Assembly (NCBI GenBank): GCA_965140445.1
Contig: OZ223236.1
Location: forward strand, 1,792,001-1,856,000
Source of the DNA: Candidatus Ozemobacteraceae bacterium
Lineage (GTDB): Bacteria > Muiribacteriota > Ozemobacteria > Ozemobacterales > Ozemobacteraceae
Direction of reading: 5' to 3'
DNA length: 64,000 nucleotides
This document shows, piece after piece, positions 36,918 to 45,831 of this stretch (position 1 is the stretch's first letter; each line of letters starts with the position of its first letter). The position numbers and the translations under genes were made by a program. Under the pieces are notes generated by a model. It saw only the letters and a program-made list of their open reading frames with translations, was not told the DNA's origin and ran no database searches.

Positions 36918-38033
36918 ATGGCGAAAGTCGCTTTAATTACAGGAGTTACTGGTCAGGATGGGGCATATCTGGCTGAATTGCTTTTAAATAAAGGTTATGA
37001 GGTGCACGGAATAAAAAGAAGAGCATCCTCATTCAATACAGATAGAATTGATCATTTGTATCAAGACCCCCATGTAAAGGACCGTCGATTTTTTCTTCAT
37101 TACGGCGATATGACGGATTCTACCAACCTGATTAGAATCATTCAGCAGGTTCAGCCTGATGAAATTTATAATCTTGCCGCACAAAGCCATGTTGCTGTCT
37201 CGTTTGAAACTCCTGAATATACAGCTAATTCTGATGCTCTTGGAACTTTAAGAATTCTGGAAGCTATAAGAATTTTAAAGCTCGAAAAGAAAACCAAATT
37301 CTATCAGGCTTCTACTTCTGAGCTTTATGGTCTGGTTCAGGAAACGCCACAGAAGGAATCAACTCCATTTTATCCCCGCTCACCCTATGCGTGCGCTAAA
37401 CTTTACGCCTATTGGATAACAGTAAACTATCGTGAAGCATATGGAATTTACGGTTGCAATGGAATTTTATTTAATCATGAGTCACCGTTACGTGGTGAAA
37501 CGTTTGTAACACGCAAGATAACCAGGGCTATGGCCCGCATCGCTCTTGGACTACAGAAATGCTTGTATCTTGGGAACATGAATTCTCTTAGAGACTGGGG
37601 CCATGCCAGAGACTACGTTGAAATGCAATGGATGATGCTTCAACAGGATCAGCCTGATGATTATGTTATCGCAACCGGGAGACAGCAGTCGGTCAGAGAT
37701 TTTGTCAATGCTGCTGCAAAAGAGTTGGATATAGTAATTAAATGGACTGGCGAAGGCGTAGAGGAAAAGGGAATCGTGGATGTTGCTTCAGAGAAATTCC
37801 CAGCTCTTAAAGCAGGAGCTGTAATTGTTCAAGTTGATCCAAGATATTTCAGACCAACAGAAGTGGAAACTTTGTTGGGAGATCCAACCAAAGCTTATGA
37901 AAAGCTGGGTTGGAAACCAAAGATATCTTTGGAAGAGCTGGTTGCAGAAATGGTTAGATGTGATCTGGAGATTGCAAAAAAAGACGAGCTTTGTAGTGAG
38001 CACGGATTTTCAACTTATTCATATAACGAGTAA
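36918..38033 (+). CDS. gmd: GDP-mannose 4,6-dehydratase
   Basis: [50 protein letters not shown] and RDWGHA motifs. Confidence 0.98.
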   Translation: MAKVALITGVTGQDGAYLAELLLNKGYEVHGIKRRASSFNTDRIDHLYQDPHVKDRRFFLHYGDMTDSTNLIRIIQQVQPDEIYNLAAQSHVAVSFETPEYTANSDALGTLRILEAIRILKLEKKTKFYQASTSELYGLVQETPQKESTPFYPRSPYACAKLYAYWITVNYREAYGIYGCNGILFNHESPLRGETFVTRKITRAMARIALGLQKCLYLGNMNSLRDWGHARDYVEMQWMMLQQDQPDDYVIATGRQQSVRDFVNAAAKELDIVIKWTGEGVEEKGIVDVASEKFPALKAGAVIVQVDPRYFRPTEVETLLGDPTKAYEKLGWKPKISLEELVAEMVRCDLEIAKKDELCSEHGFSTYSYNE

Positions 38034-38054
38034 ATTGGTTTTGGAGAGATAAAA

Positions 38055-39473
38055 ATGATTATTCCAGTTATTTTATCGGGTGGTTCAGGGACAAGGTTGT
38101 GGCCTCTTTCAAGAGAGCTTCATCCTAAGCAATTTTTGCCGCTCTGTTCGGACAACACAATGATTCAGGATACGGTTGTTCGTTTGTCTGGAATCAAAGA
38201 AATGGCCAAGCCAATCGTTGTTTGCAATGAGAGTCATCGTTTTCTGGTGGCAGAACAGATGAGGCAGATAGAGGTTGATCTTTGCACCATCGTACTTGAA
38301 CCTTTTGGGAGAAACACCGCTCCAGCAATTGCGGCGGCTGCATTTAGAGCCTTAGAAATTTCAAAGAATGCTATTTTGCTCGTTCTTCCTGCTGATCACG
38401 TAATTAAAGACGTGGCAACTTTTCAGGCATCTATTGAGGCTGGAAAGGCTAGTGCTGCAAAAGGAAAGCTGGTAACTTTTGGTATCATTCCAAATAATCC
38501 TGAAACAGGCTACGGTTACATTAAATCTTCAGGCAGGGCTAAAGCTGGCGAAATGAAGGAGCTCAAAGTTGAGGCTTTCGTTGAAAAACCAGACTTTGCG
38601 ACTGCCGAAAAATACGTTAAAGATGGCAAATACTATTGGAACAGCGGAATGTTTATGTTCTCTGCTGCAAAGTATCTAAAGGAACTTAAAAAGTATCAGC
38701 CCGAAGTTTTGAAGTGTAGTGAGCAATCCTACAAGTCCAGCTCTGCTGATGAGGACTTTTTGAGACTTGGGAAAGAGGCTTTTGAAAAGTGTCCGTCTAT
38801 TTCTATTGATTACGCAGTAATGGAGAAAACCTCCTCAGCGGTTGTTTTTCCTGTTGATATTGGTTGGAATGACGTTGGTTCCTGGTCAGCTTTGTCAGAT
38901 GTAAATGCCCATGACGATCATGGTAATGTGGTAACAGGAGACGTTCTTTTAAAGGATGTTGAAAACTGTCTTGTTAGGGCTAACTCTCGCCTTGTAACGG
39001 CAGTTGGCGTTTCTGATCATGTTATTGTTGAAACTGCAGATTCGGTTCTTGTGGTCTCAAAAGATAGAGTTCAAGACGTTAAGAGCATTGTTGATAAACT
39101 GAAAAAAAGCGATCGATACGAAGCAATTCATCATCGGAGAGTCAGTCGCCCATGGGGTTTTTTCCAGACTATTGATATCTCCGAAAGGTTCCACGCCAAA
39201 AGGATTACCGTAAAGCCTGGTGCGAGGTTATCTTTGCAAATGCATTTTCATCGCGCAGAGCATTGGATTGTAGTTAGCGGTACAGCAAAAATAACAAAGG
39301 GTGAAGAAACATTTGTGATGACTGAAAATCAGTCTACTTATATTCCATTAGGTACAAAGCACCGGCTTGAAAATCCTGGAAAAATCCCTCTGGAAATTAT
39401 TGAGGTTCAGTCTGGCAGCTATTTGCGGGAAGATGATATTGTCCGATTTGATGATCAGTACGGAAGAGAATAA
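38055..39473 (+). CDS. manC: Mannose-1-phosphate guanylyltransferase/mannose-6-phosphate isomerase
   Basis: ILSGGSGTRLWPLSR, RNTAPAI, PETGYGYI, WNSGMF and C-terminal cupin LSLQMHFHRAEHW. Confidence 0.97.
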   Translation: MIIPVILSGGSGTRLWPLSRELHPKQFLPLCSDNTMIQDTVVRLSGIKEMAKPIVVCNESHRFLVAEQMRQIEVDLCTIVLEPFGRNTAPAIAAAAFRALEISKNAILLVLPADHVIKDVATFQASIEAGKASAAKGKLVTFGIIPNNPETGYGYIKSSGRAKAGEMKELKVEAFVEKPDFATAEKYVKDGKYYWNSGMFMFSAAKYLKELKKYQPEVLKCSEQSYKSSSADEDFLRLGKEAFEKCPSISIDYAVMEKTSSAVVFPVDIGWNDVGSWSALSDVNAHDDHGNVVTGDVLLKDVENCLVRANSRLVTAVGVSDHVIVETADSVLVVSKDRVQDVKSIVDKLKKSDRYEAIHHRRVSRPWGFFQTIDISERFHAKRITVKPGARLSLQMHFHRAEHWIVVSGTAKITKGEETFVMTENQSTYIPLGTKHRLENPGKIPLEIIEVQSGSYLREDDIVRFDDQYGRE

Positions 39474-39483
39474 AAGAGCGTTT

Positions 39484-39532
39484 AAAAAAAAGTCTCCTCA
39501 TCAAGTGTTAGTTGAATGAGGAGATTTTTTTT
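39484..39532. terminator. Bidirectional intrinsic terminator between convergent manC and the sugar dehydrogenase
   Basis: A8-GTCTCCTCAT...ATGAGGAGA-T8 inverted repeat. Confidence 0.85.
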
Positions 39533-39552
39533 GTTTGCTAGTTTTTGGGTTG

Positions 39553-40871
39553 TTAAAGGCGCCAATAGCTGATTTCATTTTTTTTCGCCTCTTCTATACT
39601 GAATATTCCTTTTAAATCTATGAGTAAGGGTCTTTGTTCTGGTTTACAAAGTTCTGCAATCTTTAATAAGGAAATTTCTTTGAATTCATCATGAGGAACA
39701 GCTACTACTACTCCATCAACTTTTGGAGCTTTATCAAGAGAGGGTAGAATTTCAAGCTGATACTCTTCTTTTACTTCTTTTGCATCAGTATATGGATCAA
39801 AAAAAAACGTTTCAACCTGGTAGTCAGTTAGCTCATGTATGATATCTACAACTTTTGTATTTCTTATGTCTGCAACATTTTCTTTAAAGGTCAAACCAAG
39901 AATTAAAATTTTTGCTCCTTTTACTGCTTTTCCTGCTTTGATAAGCTTTTTGACAGTATTTTCGGCGACAAATTTTCCCATGCTGTCGTTAATTCTTCTC
40001 CCTGAAAGTATTACTTCCGGGTGATATCCGACTTCTTCTGCTTTATATGTTAAGTAATAAGGGGCAACTCCAATGCAGTGGCCACCAACCAGGCCTGGAT
40101 AGAATTTGAGAAAATTCCATTTTGTTCCTGCTGCTTTTAAAACTTCTAAAGTATCAATGTTAAGTTTATGAAAAATGATAGATAACTCATTCATTAAGGC
40201 AATGTTTACGTCTCTTTGAGTGTTTTCAATTACTTTGGCAGCTTCTGCTACTTTTATGCTTGGAGCTCTATAAACGCCTGCTTCAATTATTGATTCATAA
40301 ATTTTTGCAATTATATCGAGTGACTCTGAGTCACAGCCTGAAACTACTTTTACTATGTTTTGTAATCTATGGGTTGTGTCTCCAGGATTAATTCTTTCTG
40401 GACTATAGCCAACGCGGAAGTCTTTTAAAAAGGTTAGATTAGAATTTTTTTCTAGAATTGGGACACACTTTTCTTCTGTTATTCCTGGGTAAACTGTGGA
40501 CTCAAAAACTACAATTGAATTTTTTGATAAATTTTTACCAACCATCGCAGAGGAAAGCTCTAATGGAGCTAGATCAGGGCGCTTATTTCTATCTACTGGG
40601 GTTGGTACAGCGACAATTATAAACTTGCATTCCTTTAGTCGGGATGGTTCGTTGGTAAAATCAATTACTACGTCATTTAATCCATTTTTAGGTATTTCAC
40701 CTGTCGGATCGATACCTTTTTTCGAGTCTCTACTTTTAAAGGGCAAATGTCGAAACCTAGAACGTTGAAATATTTTGCAAAAGCGTGTGCTAGAGGGAGC
40801 CCAACATAGCCAAGTCCAACCACAGCGATTTTCTCTTTTTTAATTAGTAAATCTTTAAGAAGTCTGTTCAT
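39553..40871 (-). pseudogene. UDP-N-acetylhexosamine (nucleotide-sugar) dehydrogenase, WbpO/TviB-like, split by a -1 frameshift near 40716-40724
   Basis: ORF 40677-40871 holds the Rossmann start (VVGLGYVGLPLA). ORF 39553-40746 holds the rest (GIDPTGE, AVPTP, ESTVYPG, SPERINPGD, KVIENTQRD, GGHCI). The junction reads ACT CGA AAA AAG GTA. Confidence 0.85.
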
Positions 40872-40945
40872 GGATGGCTCCTGAAATTAATGTTTGAGTC
40901 TAGTTATATATTAAGATCGGTTTTTTAAGCAAATTACAGATTCTA

Positions 40946-41731
40946 TCAGTTTTTTTCTCTAAAGTGTTTTTTTAGTTTTTCGCTGAAGCAATCATAAGAT
41001 ATTATCCACTCTGTTGATGTATTTCTTATTAAATCAGATGAAGGAAGTGGCAGCCGTTTTCCTGAATCGAAAATATTCTCCAGAATTTCTTGTTTGCTGC
41101 TGCCGTTGATTAAAAAAATCCTCTTCTGAGCCTGAAGAATTTTTTCAAAGCTTATAGTAAAACGTTGTTCTGGTTGGGTTTTAGGCTGGCAGAATCCGAA
41201 TCCTGTTTTTTTACCAATTGTTTTCCACTCGGTTTCTGGAAACAGGGAAGCTATGTGCCCATCATTACCCAGGCCAAGAATCAAAGTCGAAAAAGGATTT
41301 GGTGGAGAAATATTTCCGGGAAGAGTTGCCAAAAGTTCGACCATTTTACTTTCTAATTCTGTAAGGCTATCTTTTAAATCAACAGGTACGGGCAAAAAGT
41401 TCTTAGGAGTTGATTTAAATTCCTTAAAAAGTGTTTCAAAAATATTTTTCTGGTTACTTCTGTGATCCCTTTTTTCAACAAGTCTCTCGTCAACTTGAGT
41501 CCAAAATATTCTATCTTCTATTTTCTCTTTAGCAATAAGAGCTGATAAACTTTCGTATACTGGAAATGGGGTGCTTCCCCCAGATAAGCCAACTAATATT
41601 TGACTATTTTTTGATAATTGCTTTTTAAAGATCTCTAATATTTGTTTGGCAGCGACAATCGAATAGCTCTCATCTTTAGCCACCACAGTCAACTCTGAGT
41701 CAAATTTGTTATGTACAAAGGTTTTAAACAT
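40946..41731 (-). CDS. pgl: 6-phosphogluconolactonase
   Basis: GLSGGSTP, VDERLV...SN, ILGLGNDGHIASLFP, RFTI and G.SK motifs. Confidence 0.9.
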   Translation of the reverse strand: MFKTFVHNKFDSELTVVAKDESYSIVAAKQILEIFKKQLSKNSQILVGLSGGSTPFPVYESLSALIAKEKIEDRIFWTQVDERLVEKRDHRSNQKNIFETLFKEFKSTPKNFLPVPVDLKDSLTELESKMVELLATLPGNISPPNPFSTLILGLGNDGHIASLFPETEWKTIGKKTGFGFCQPKTQPEQRFTISFEKILQAQKRIFLINGSSKQEILENIFDSGKRLPLPSSDLIRNTSTEWIISYDCFSEKLKKHFREKN

Positions 41732-41948
41732 TTTTAATCCTTTTGTGTATTAAATGGAATTAGAAACTCTTAATTTTGCTTTGCTATTATGCCTTTTTAC
41801 TAGATAAGGAAAAATATAATAAGTGAATAATAAAGAAAATTTTGCAGAAATGCCAACTATGTGAGAATATATTACCTAAAACTTTTACAATTAAGGTTTG
41901 GTGTGATTCTAGCTGAAATCCTTTTTTCTAGGGCAAATGGAGGAACTG

Positions 41949-43046
41949 ATGATAATTAATGTTAATGAGATAAAGACTTCTTGTTGGGTTGGTGAGGTTA
42001 CTTTCGCCAAAGGCGCTTTCAAAAAGCTTCCTGAATTTTTAGATGCTAAAAGGGTTGATGGCTCTGGGATTGCTGTCTTTTTTGTCGATCATTATTTCAA
42101 AAACAATAAAATTCTTGATTTGCCACTAAATAAAGAAGATGAAATTTACTATGTCAATAGTGATATTGAGCCCAAAAGTGATCAAATAGATGATCTTGTA
42201 AACGACTTACGTTCAAAGAACAAGGGGAAACCGTCGGTAATAGTAGGAATTGGCGGTGGCTGTACCTTGGATACTTCCAAAGCTGTCGCTAACATGCTTA
42301 CTAATGAAGGAAAGGCTGAAGATTATCAGGGCTGGGATCTTGTTAAAAACAGAGCTATTTACAAAATTGGCGTTCCGACAATATCTGGAACTGGTGCTGA
42401 AGCCAGCAGAACATGCGTTTTGTTAAACAAGAAAAAGAATTTAAAACTTGGAATGAACAGCAAGTATACTTTGTTTGATCAGCTCATACTTGACCCAAAT
42501 CTTACTGCTACTGTTGAAAGAAATCAGTATTTCTATACAGGTATGGATACTTATATTCATTGTATTGAATCTTTGGCTGGAAGTTACCGAAATTTTTTTG
42601 CTGATACCTATTCACGAGTCGCAATTGACCTAAGCCGCGATGTTTTCTTAAGTGATGATATGATGAGCGATGAAAATCGGGAAAAGCTAATGCTTGCTTC
42701 TTTCCTGGGGGGATGCGCGATAGCCAATAGCTATGTTGGTTTGGTACACCCATTCTCTGCTGGCTTAAGTGTTGTTTTTGATACTCACCATTGTATTGGG
42801 AACTGCATTTCTTTAGACGCAATGGAAGATATTTATCCAGAAGAACATAAAGAATTTAGAAAGATGATGGAATTGCAAAAAGTAGAATTGCCAAAAGGGC
42901 TTTGCGCCAAGTCAGATGAGGCTGAATTAAAAAGACTTATGGCTTCAACTTTAATTCATGAAGTTCCTTTGTTTAACGCTCTGGGAGAAGACTTTAAAAC
43001 CATTTTAAACGAAGAAAAAGTATTCTCTATTTTTAAAAAGATGTAA
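41949..43046 (+). CDS. kdnB: Iron-containing alcohol dehydrogenase family, KdnB-like (Kdo 8-oxidase)
   Basis: GIGGG, MLTN.G....YQGWDL.KN, PTISGTGAEASRT, KLGMNS.YT.FDQ, FYTGMD.YIHC.ESL.G and KLMLAS match the KdnB subfamily as I recall it; GGAGG RBS before ATG 41949. Confidence 0.8.
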   Translation: MIINVNEIKTSCWVGEVTFAKGAFKKLPEFLDAKRVDGSGIAVFFVDHYFKNNKILDLPLNKEDEIYYVNSDIEPKSDQIDDLVNDLRSKNKGKPSVIVGIGGGCTLDTSKAVANMLTNEGKAEDYQGWDLVKNRAIYKIGVPTISGTGAEASRTCVLLNKKKNLKLGMNSKYTLFDQLILDPNLTATVERNQYFYTGMDTYIHCIESLAGSYRNFFADTYSRVAIDLSRDVFLSDDMMSDENREKLMLASFLGGCAIANSYVGLVHPFSAGLSVVFDTHHCIGNCISLDAMEDIYPEEHKEFRKMMELQKVELPKGLCAKSDEAELKRLMASTLIHEVPLFNALGEDFKTILNEEKVFSIFKKM

Positions 43047-43058
43047 GAGAGGTTAGGA

Positions 43059-44240
43059 ATGGACGTTAAAATAAATTTCAGTAATAAAGCACATAATTTC
43101 ACAGACGAAGAGATTCAGACTGTTATAGAGGCAATGAAAACAGCCGATCCTTTGACTCAAGGCCGATATCGTGATGAATTTGAGAAAAAACTTGCAGGTT
43201 ATCTAAAGGTTGATTCTGAGAAGGTTTTTTCTGTTTCTACTGCGACTTCAGCTTTGGAATTAACTGCTCAACTCTGTCAGTTTAAGGATGGGGATGAGGT
43301 TGTTATTCCATCTCATACATTTACATCTTCTGCATACCCTTTTTTAAAGAAGGGCGCTAAACTTGTATGGGCAGATATAGAGCTTAATACAAGGGCCGTA
43401 AGTGTTGATACTATTAAAAAGTGTCTGACAGACAAGACAAAGGCTGTGGTGGTTGTACATCTCTATGGCTATTTAATAGATATGGAACCAATTGTTGAGC
43501 TGTGCAAAGAAAGAAATATTTTCTTGATTGAAGATTCTGCTCAAGCATTTGGGACGCATATTAATGGCAAAATGGCAGGTACTTTTGGTGATTTTGGAAT
43601 TTTCTCTTTCCATTCACATAAGAATATTACTACCCTGGGCGAAGGTGGGGCAATTTATCTGAAAGATCCCAAAATGGCTGCAATTCTGCCCATGCTTAGA
43701 CACAATGGCCATTGCGGCTTTGACTATGAGCGCGAACACTATTGGATTCCAGCAATGGGAAATGTTGATTTTCCTGAGTTAAACGGAGAAATATTTTACC
43801 CAAATAACTATTGCCTGGGCGAAATAGAATGTGCTATTGGCACAAAACTTCTTGATAGAATTGATAAGATTAATTCGGAAAAACGCGCCAGAGCTATCAA
43901 GTTTATTGATGCTTTGTCGGATTTTTCTGAGCTGGAATTCCACAGAGTTGATTCTGTTAGGCACAATTACCATCTTCTAGTTTGCAGGGTTACTAATGGT
44001 AAAAGAGATGAAATTCTTAAAAAGCTGGCCTATGAAAAAGGGATTAAATGTGTTGTTCAATATTTTCCACTGAATCGATATGATTTGTATAAAAAAGTGG
44101 GTTTAGGAGAAGCTGATTGCCCTAATACCGATGAATTCTTTGATAATATGATTTCATTCCCATTTCATCATTGGCTATCAGATGAAGATTTTGATTATAT
44201 GCTCAACTCAACAAAAGAGGTTTTGAAGGAACTTAGGTAG
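43059..44240 (+). CDS. DegT/DnrJ/EryC1/StrS PLP aminotransferase
   Basis: ATSAL, GDEVVIPSHTF, VHLYG, IEDSAQAFG and FSFHSHKNITTLGEGG. Confidence 0.93.
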   Translation: MDVKINFSNKAHNFTDEEIQTVIEAMKTADPLTQGRYRDEFEKKLAGYLKVDSEKVFSVSTATSALELTAQLCQFKDGDEVVIPSHTFTSSAYPFLKKGAKLVWADIELNTRAVSVDTIKKCLTDKTKAVVVVHLYGYLIDMEPIVELCKERNIFLIEDSAQAFGTHINGKMAGTFGDFGIFSFHSHKNITTLGEGGAIYLKDPKMAAILPMLRHNGHCGFDYEREHYWIPAMGNVDFPELNGEIFYPNNYCLGEIECAIGTKLLDRIDKINSEKRARAIKFIDALSDFSELEFHRVDSVRHNYHLLVCRVTNGKRDEILKKLAYEKGIKCVVQYFPLNRYDLYKKVGLGEADCPNTDEFFDNMISFPFHHWLSDEDFDYMLNSTKEVLKELR

Positions 44241-44241
44241 G

Positions 44242-45831
44242 ATGAAAAATCTTCTAGTTGTTATTCCAGCAATTAAAAAGAATGCAGTAATTCCCGATCA
44301 GCTTGTGAAAAAACTGAACGGGATTACTTTAATTCAAAGAGCTATTAATACAGCAAAAGATTTGACCGAAAAAGAAAATATTCTCGTTGTAACTGATTCT
44401 GAAGAAATTTCTTTGATTTGTGAAAGAAATGAAGTTGGCTTTTATCTTGATTCAAAATTGAGGTTGAATCCGAATGAGATTATTAAAGAGCTTTTTGAAA
44501 TAATTAAAAATAACATTCAAGAAAACATTCTGCTTTATCGTGCCAACACCCCGTTAGTTGACTCTGAAACTCTTAGGGATGCATATTCTGAGTTCTTGAA
44601 CAACCCCTCTAGTGTTCTAACTTCTGTCAAGCAAGGAAAAAGGAAGCTTCTAGCCAAAGATTGTGGTCGACTAAAGCGAATCTTTTCTGCAGGAGAAGAA
44701 TACTTTGAAGAATTAAAAGCTTTTCACATTTTCTCTAGAGATACTGTTTCCAAATCAAACTATGACTTTCTCCCATTTGTTATTGGTGATGAACAATCAA
44801 TTGAGATTGCCAGTTATCAAAACTGGTGGGTGTGTGAGAAAATTTTGCAGAGAAAAAGAATTGTTTTCAATGTAATTGGTAGCGTTGAAATTGGAATGGG
44901 TCACATCTATCATTCATTATCACTTGCTCACGAAATAACTGATCACGAAGTAATTTTTGTTTGCGATGAAAAGTATAAAATAGTTGTAGATAAGATTGCC
45001 GCTACTGATTATCGGGTTATTGCAACAGACGATACAACCAAGACCATTTTGTCACTAAAACCAGAAATGGTGATCAATGATATTTTAAATACAGGTGAGG
45101 AATTTATCCGGGCATTGAAGGCAAGGGGAATAAAGGTTGTAAATTTTGAAGATCTTGGGTCTGGTTCCAAATTTGCTGATCTGGTTTTTAATGAGTTATA
45201 TGATAACCCTCAATGTGAAGGTCTTAATTATTGCTGGGGATACAAGTATCTTGCCTTGCGAGATGAATTTTACGAAGCCGTTCCCAACCAATTTGTAGAT
45301 GAAGTTCGAGCAGTAATGATTTCTTTTGGCGGAACGGACCAAAACAACCTTACTTTACGTTCTTTAAAGGCAGTTATCGAAACAGTCAAAAAAAATAGAA
45401 TAAAAGTTTTTATTGTGTGTGGTGGAGCTTTTGGCTTTAGGAAAGAACTGGAGTCTTATTTAATGCAATTGAATTACGATAATATTGAGTTAATTTTTGC
45501 TAGTGACGTCATGTCAAAGGTAATGGAAAAAACTAATATTGCTATTTCTTCGAATGGAAGAACGGTCTATGAGTTGGCTGACATGAATATTCCCGCTATT
45601 ATAATTTCTCACCATGAAAGGGAGGCAACTCATACATTTGCTTCGCTTGAGAAGGGTTTTGTTAATCTCGGGGTTTATGATGAGAAGACTTCTATGGATA
45701 TTTTAAGAGAGAAGTTTGAAAAACTGGTAAATGACAGAGACTACAGAAAGTTGCTGTTTTTGAATATTAGAAAATACAACTTCAGAGAGAACAAACAGAA
45801 AGTTGTTCGAAAAATTTTGGAGTTATTATGA
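44242..45831 (+). CDS. Fusion: NeuA/PseF-like cytidylyltransferase + SpsG/PseG-like nucleotide-sugar hydrolase/GT-B domain
   Basis: N-terminal VIPA...KKLNG.TLI...VTDSEEI; C-terminal IGMGHIY, FEDLG, LRDEF, SFGGTD and SSNGRTVYELA..IP. Confidence 0.82.
   Translation: MKNLLVVIPAIKKNAVIPDQLVKKLNGITLIQRAINTAKDLTEKENILVVTDSEEISLICERNEVGFYLDSKLRLNPNEIIKELFEIIKNNIQENILLYRANTPLVDSETLRDAYSEFLNNPSSVLTSVKQGKRKLLAKDCGRLKRIFSAGEEYFEELKAFHIFSRDTVSKSNYDFLPFVIGDEQSIEIASYQNWWVCEKILQRKRIVFNVIGSVEIGMGHIYHSLSLAHEITDHEVIFVCDEKYKIVVDKIAATDYRVIATDDTTKTILSLKPEMVINDILNTGEEFIRALKARGIKVVNFEDLGSGSKFADLVFNELYDNPQCEGLNYCWGYKYLALRDEFYEAVPNQFVDEVRAVMISFGGTDQNNLTLRSLKAVIETVKKNRIKVFIVCGGAFGFRKELESYLMQLNYDNIELIFASDVMSKVMEKTNIAISSNGRTVYELADMNIPAIIISHHEREATHTFASLEKGFVNLGVYDEKTSMDILREKFEKLVNDRDYRKLLFLNIRKYNFRENKQKVVRKILELL

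Noticed and set aside
41732..41948. JUMPstart/ops element ahead of the polysaccharide locus
   Set aside because: No GGCGGTAG-type ops sequence seen.
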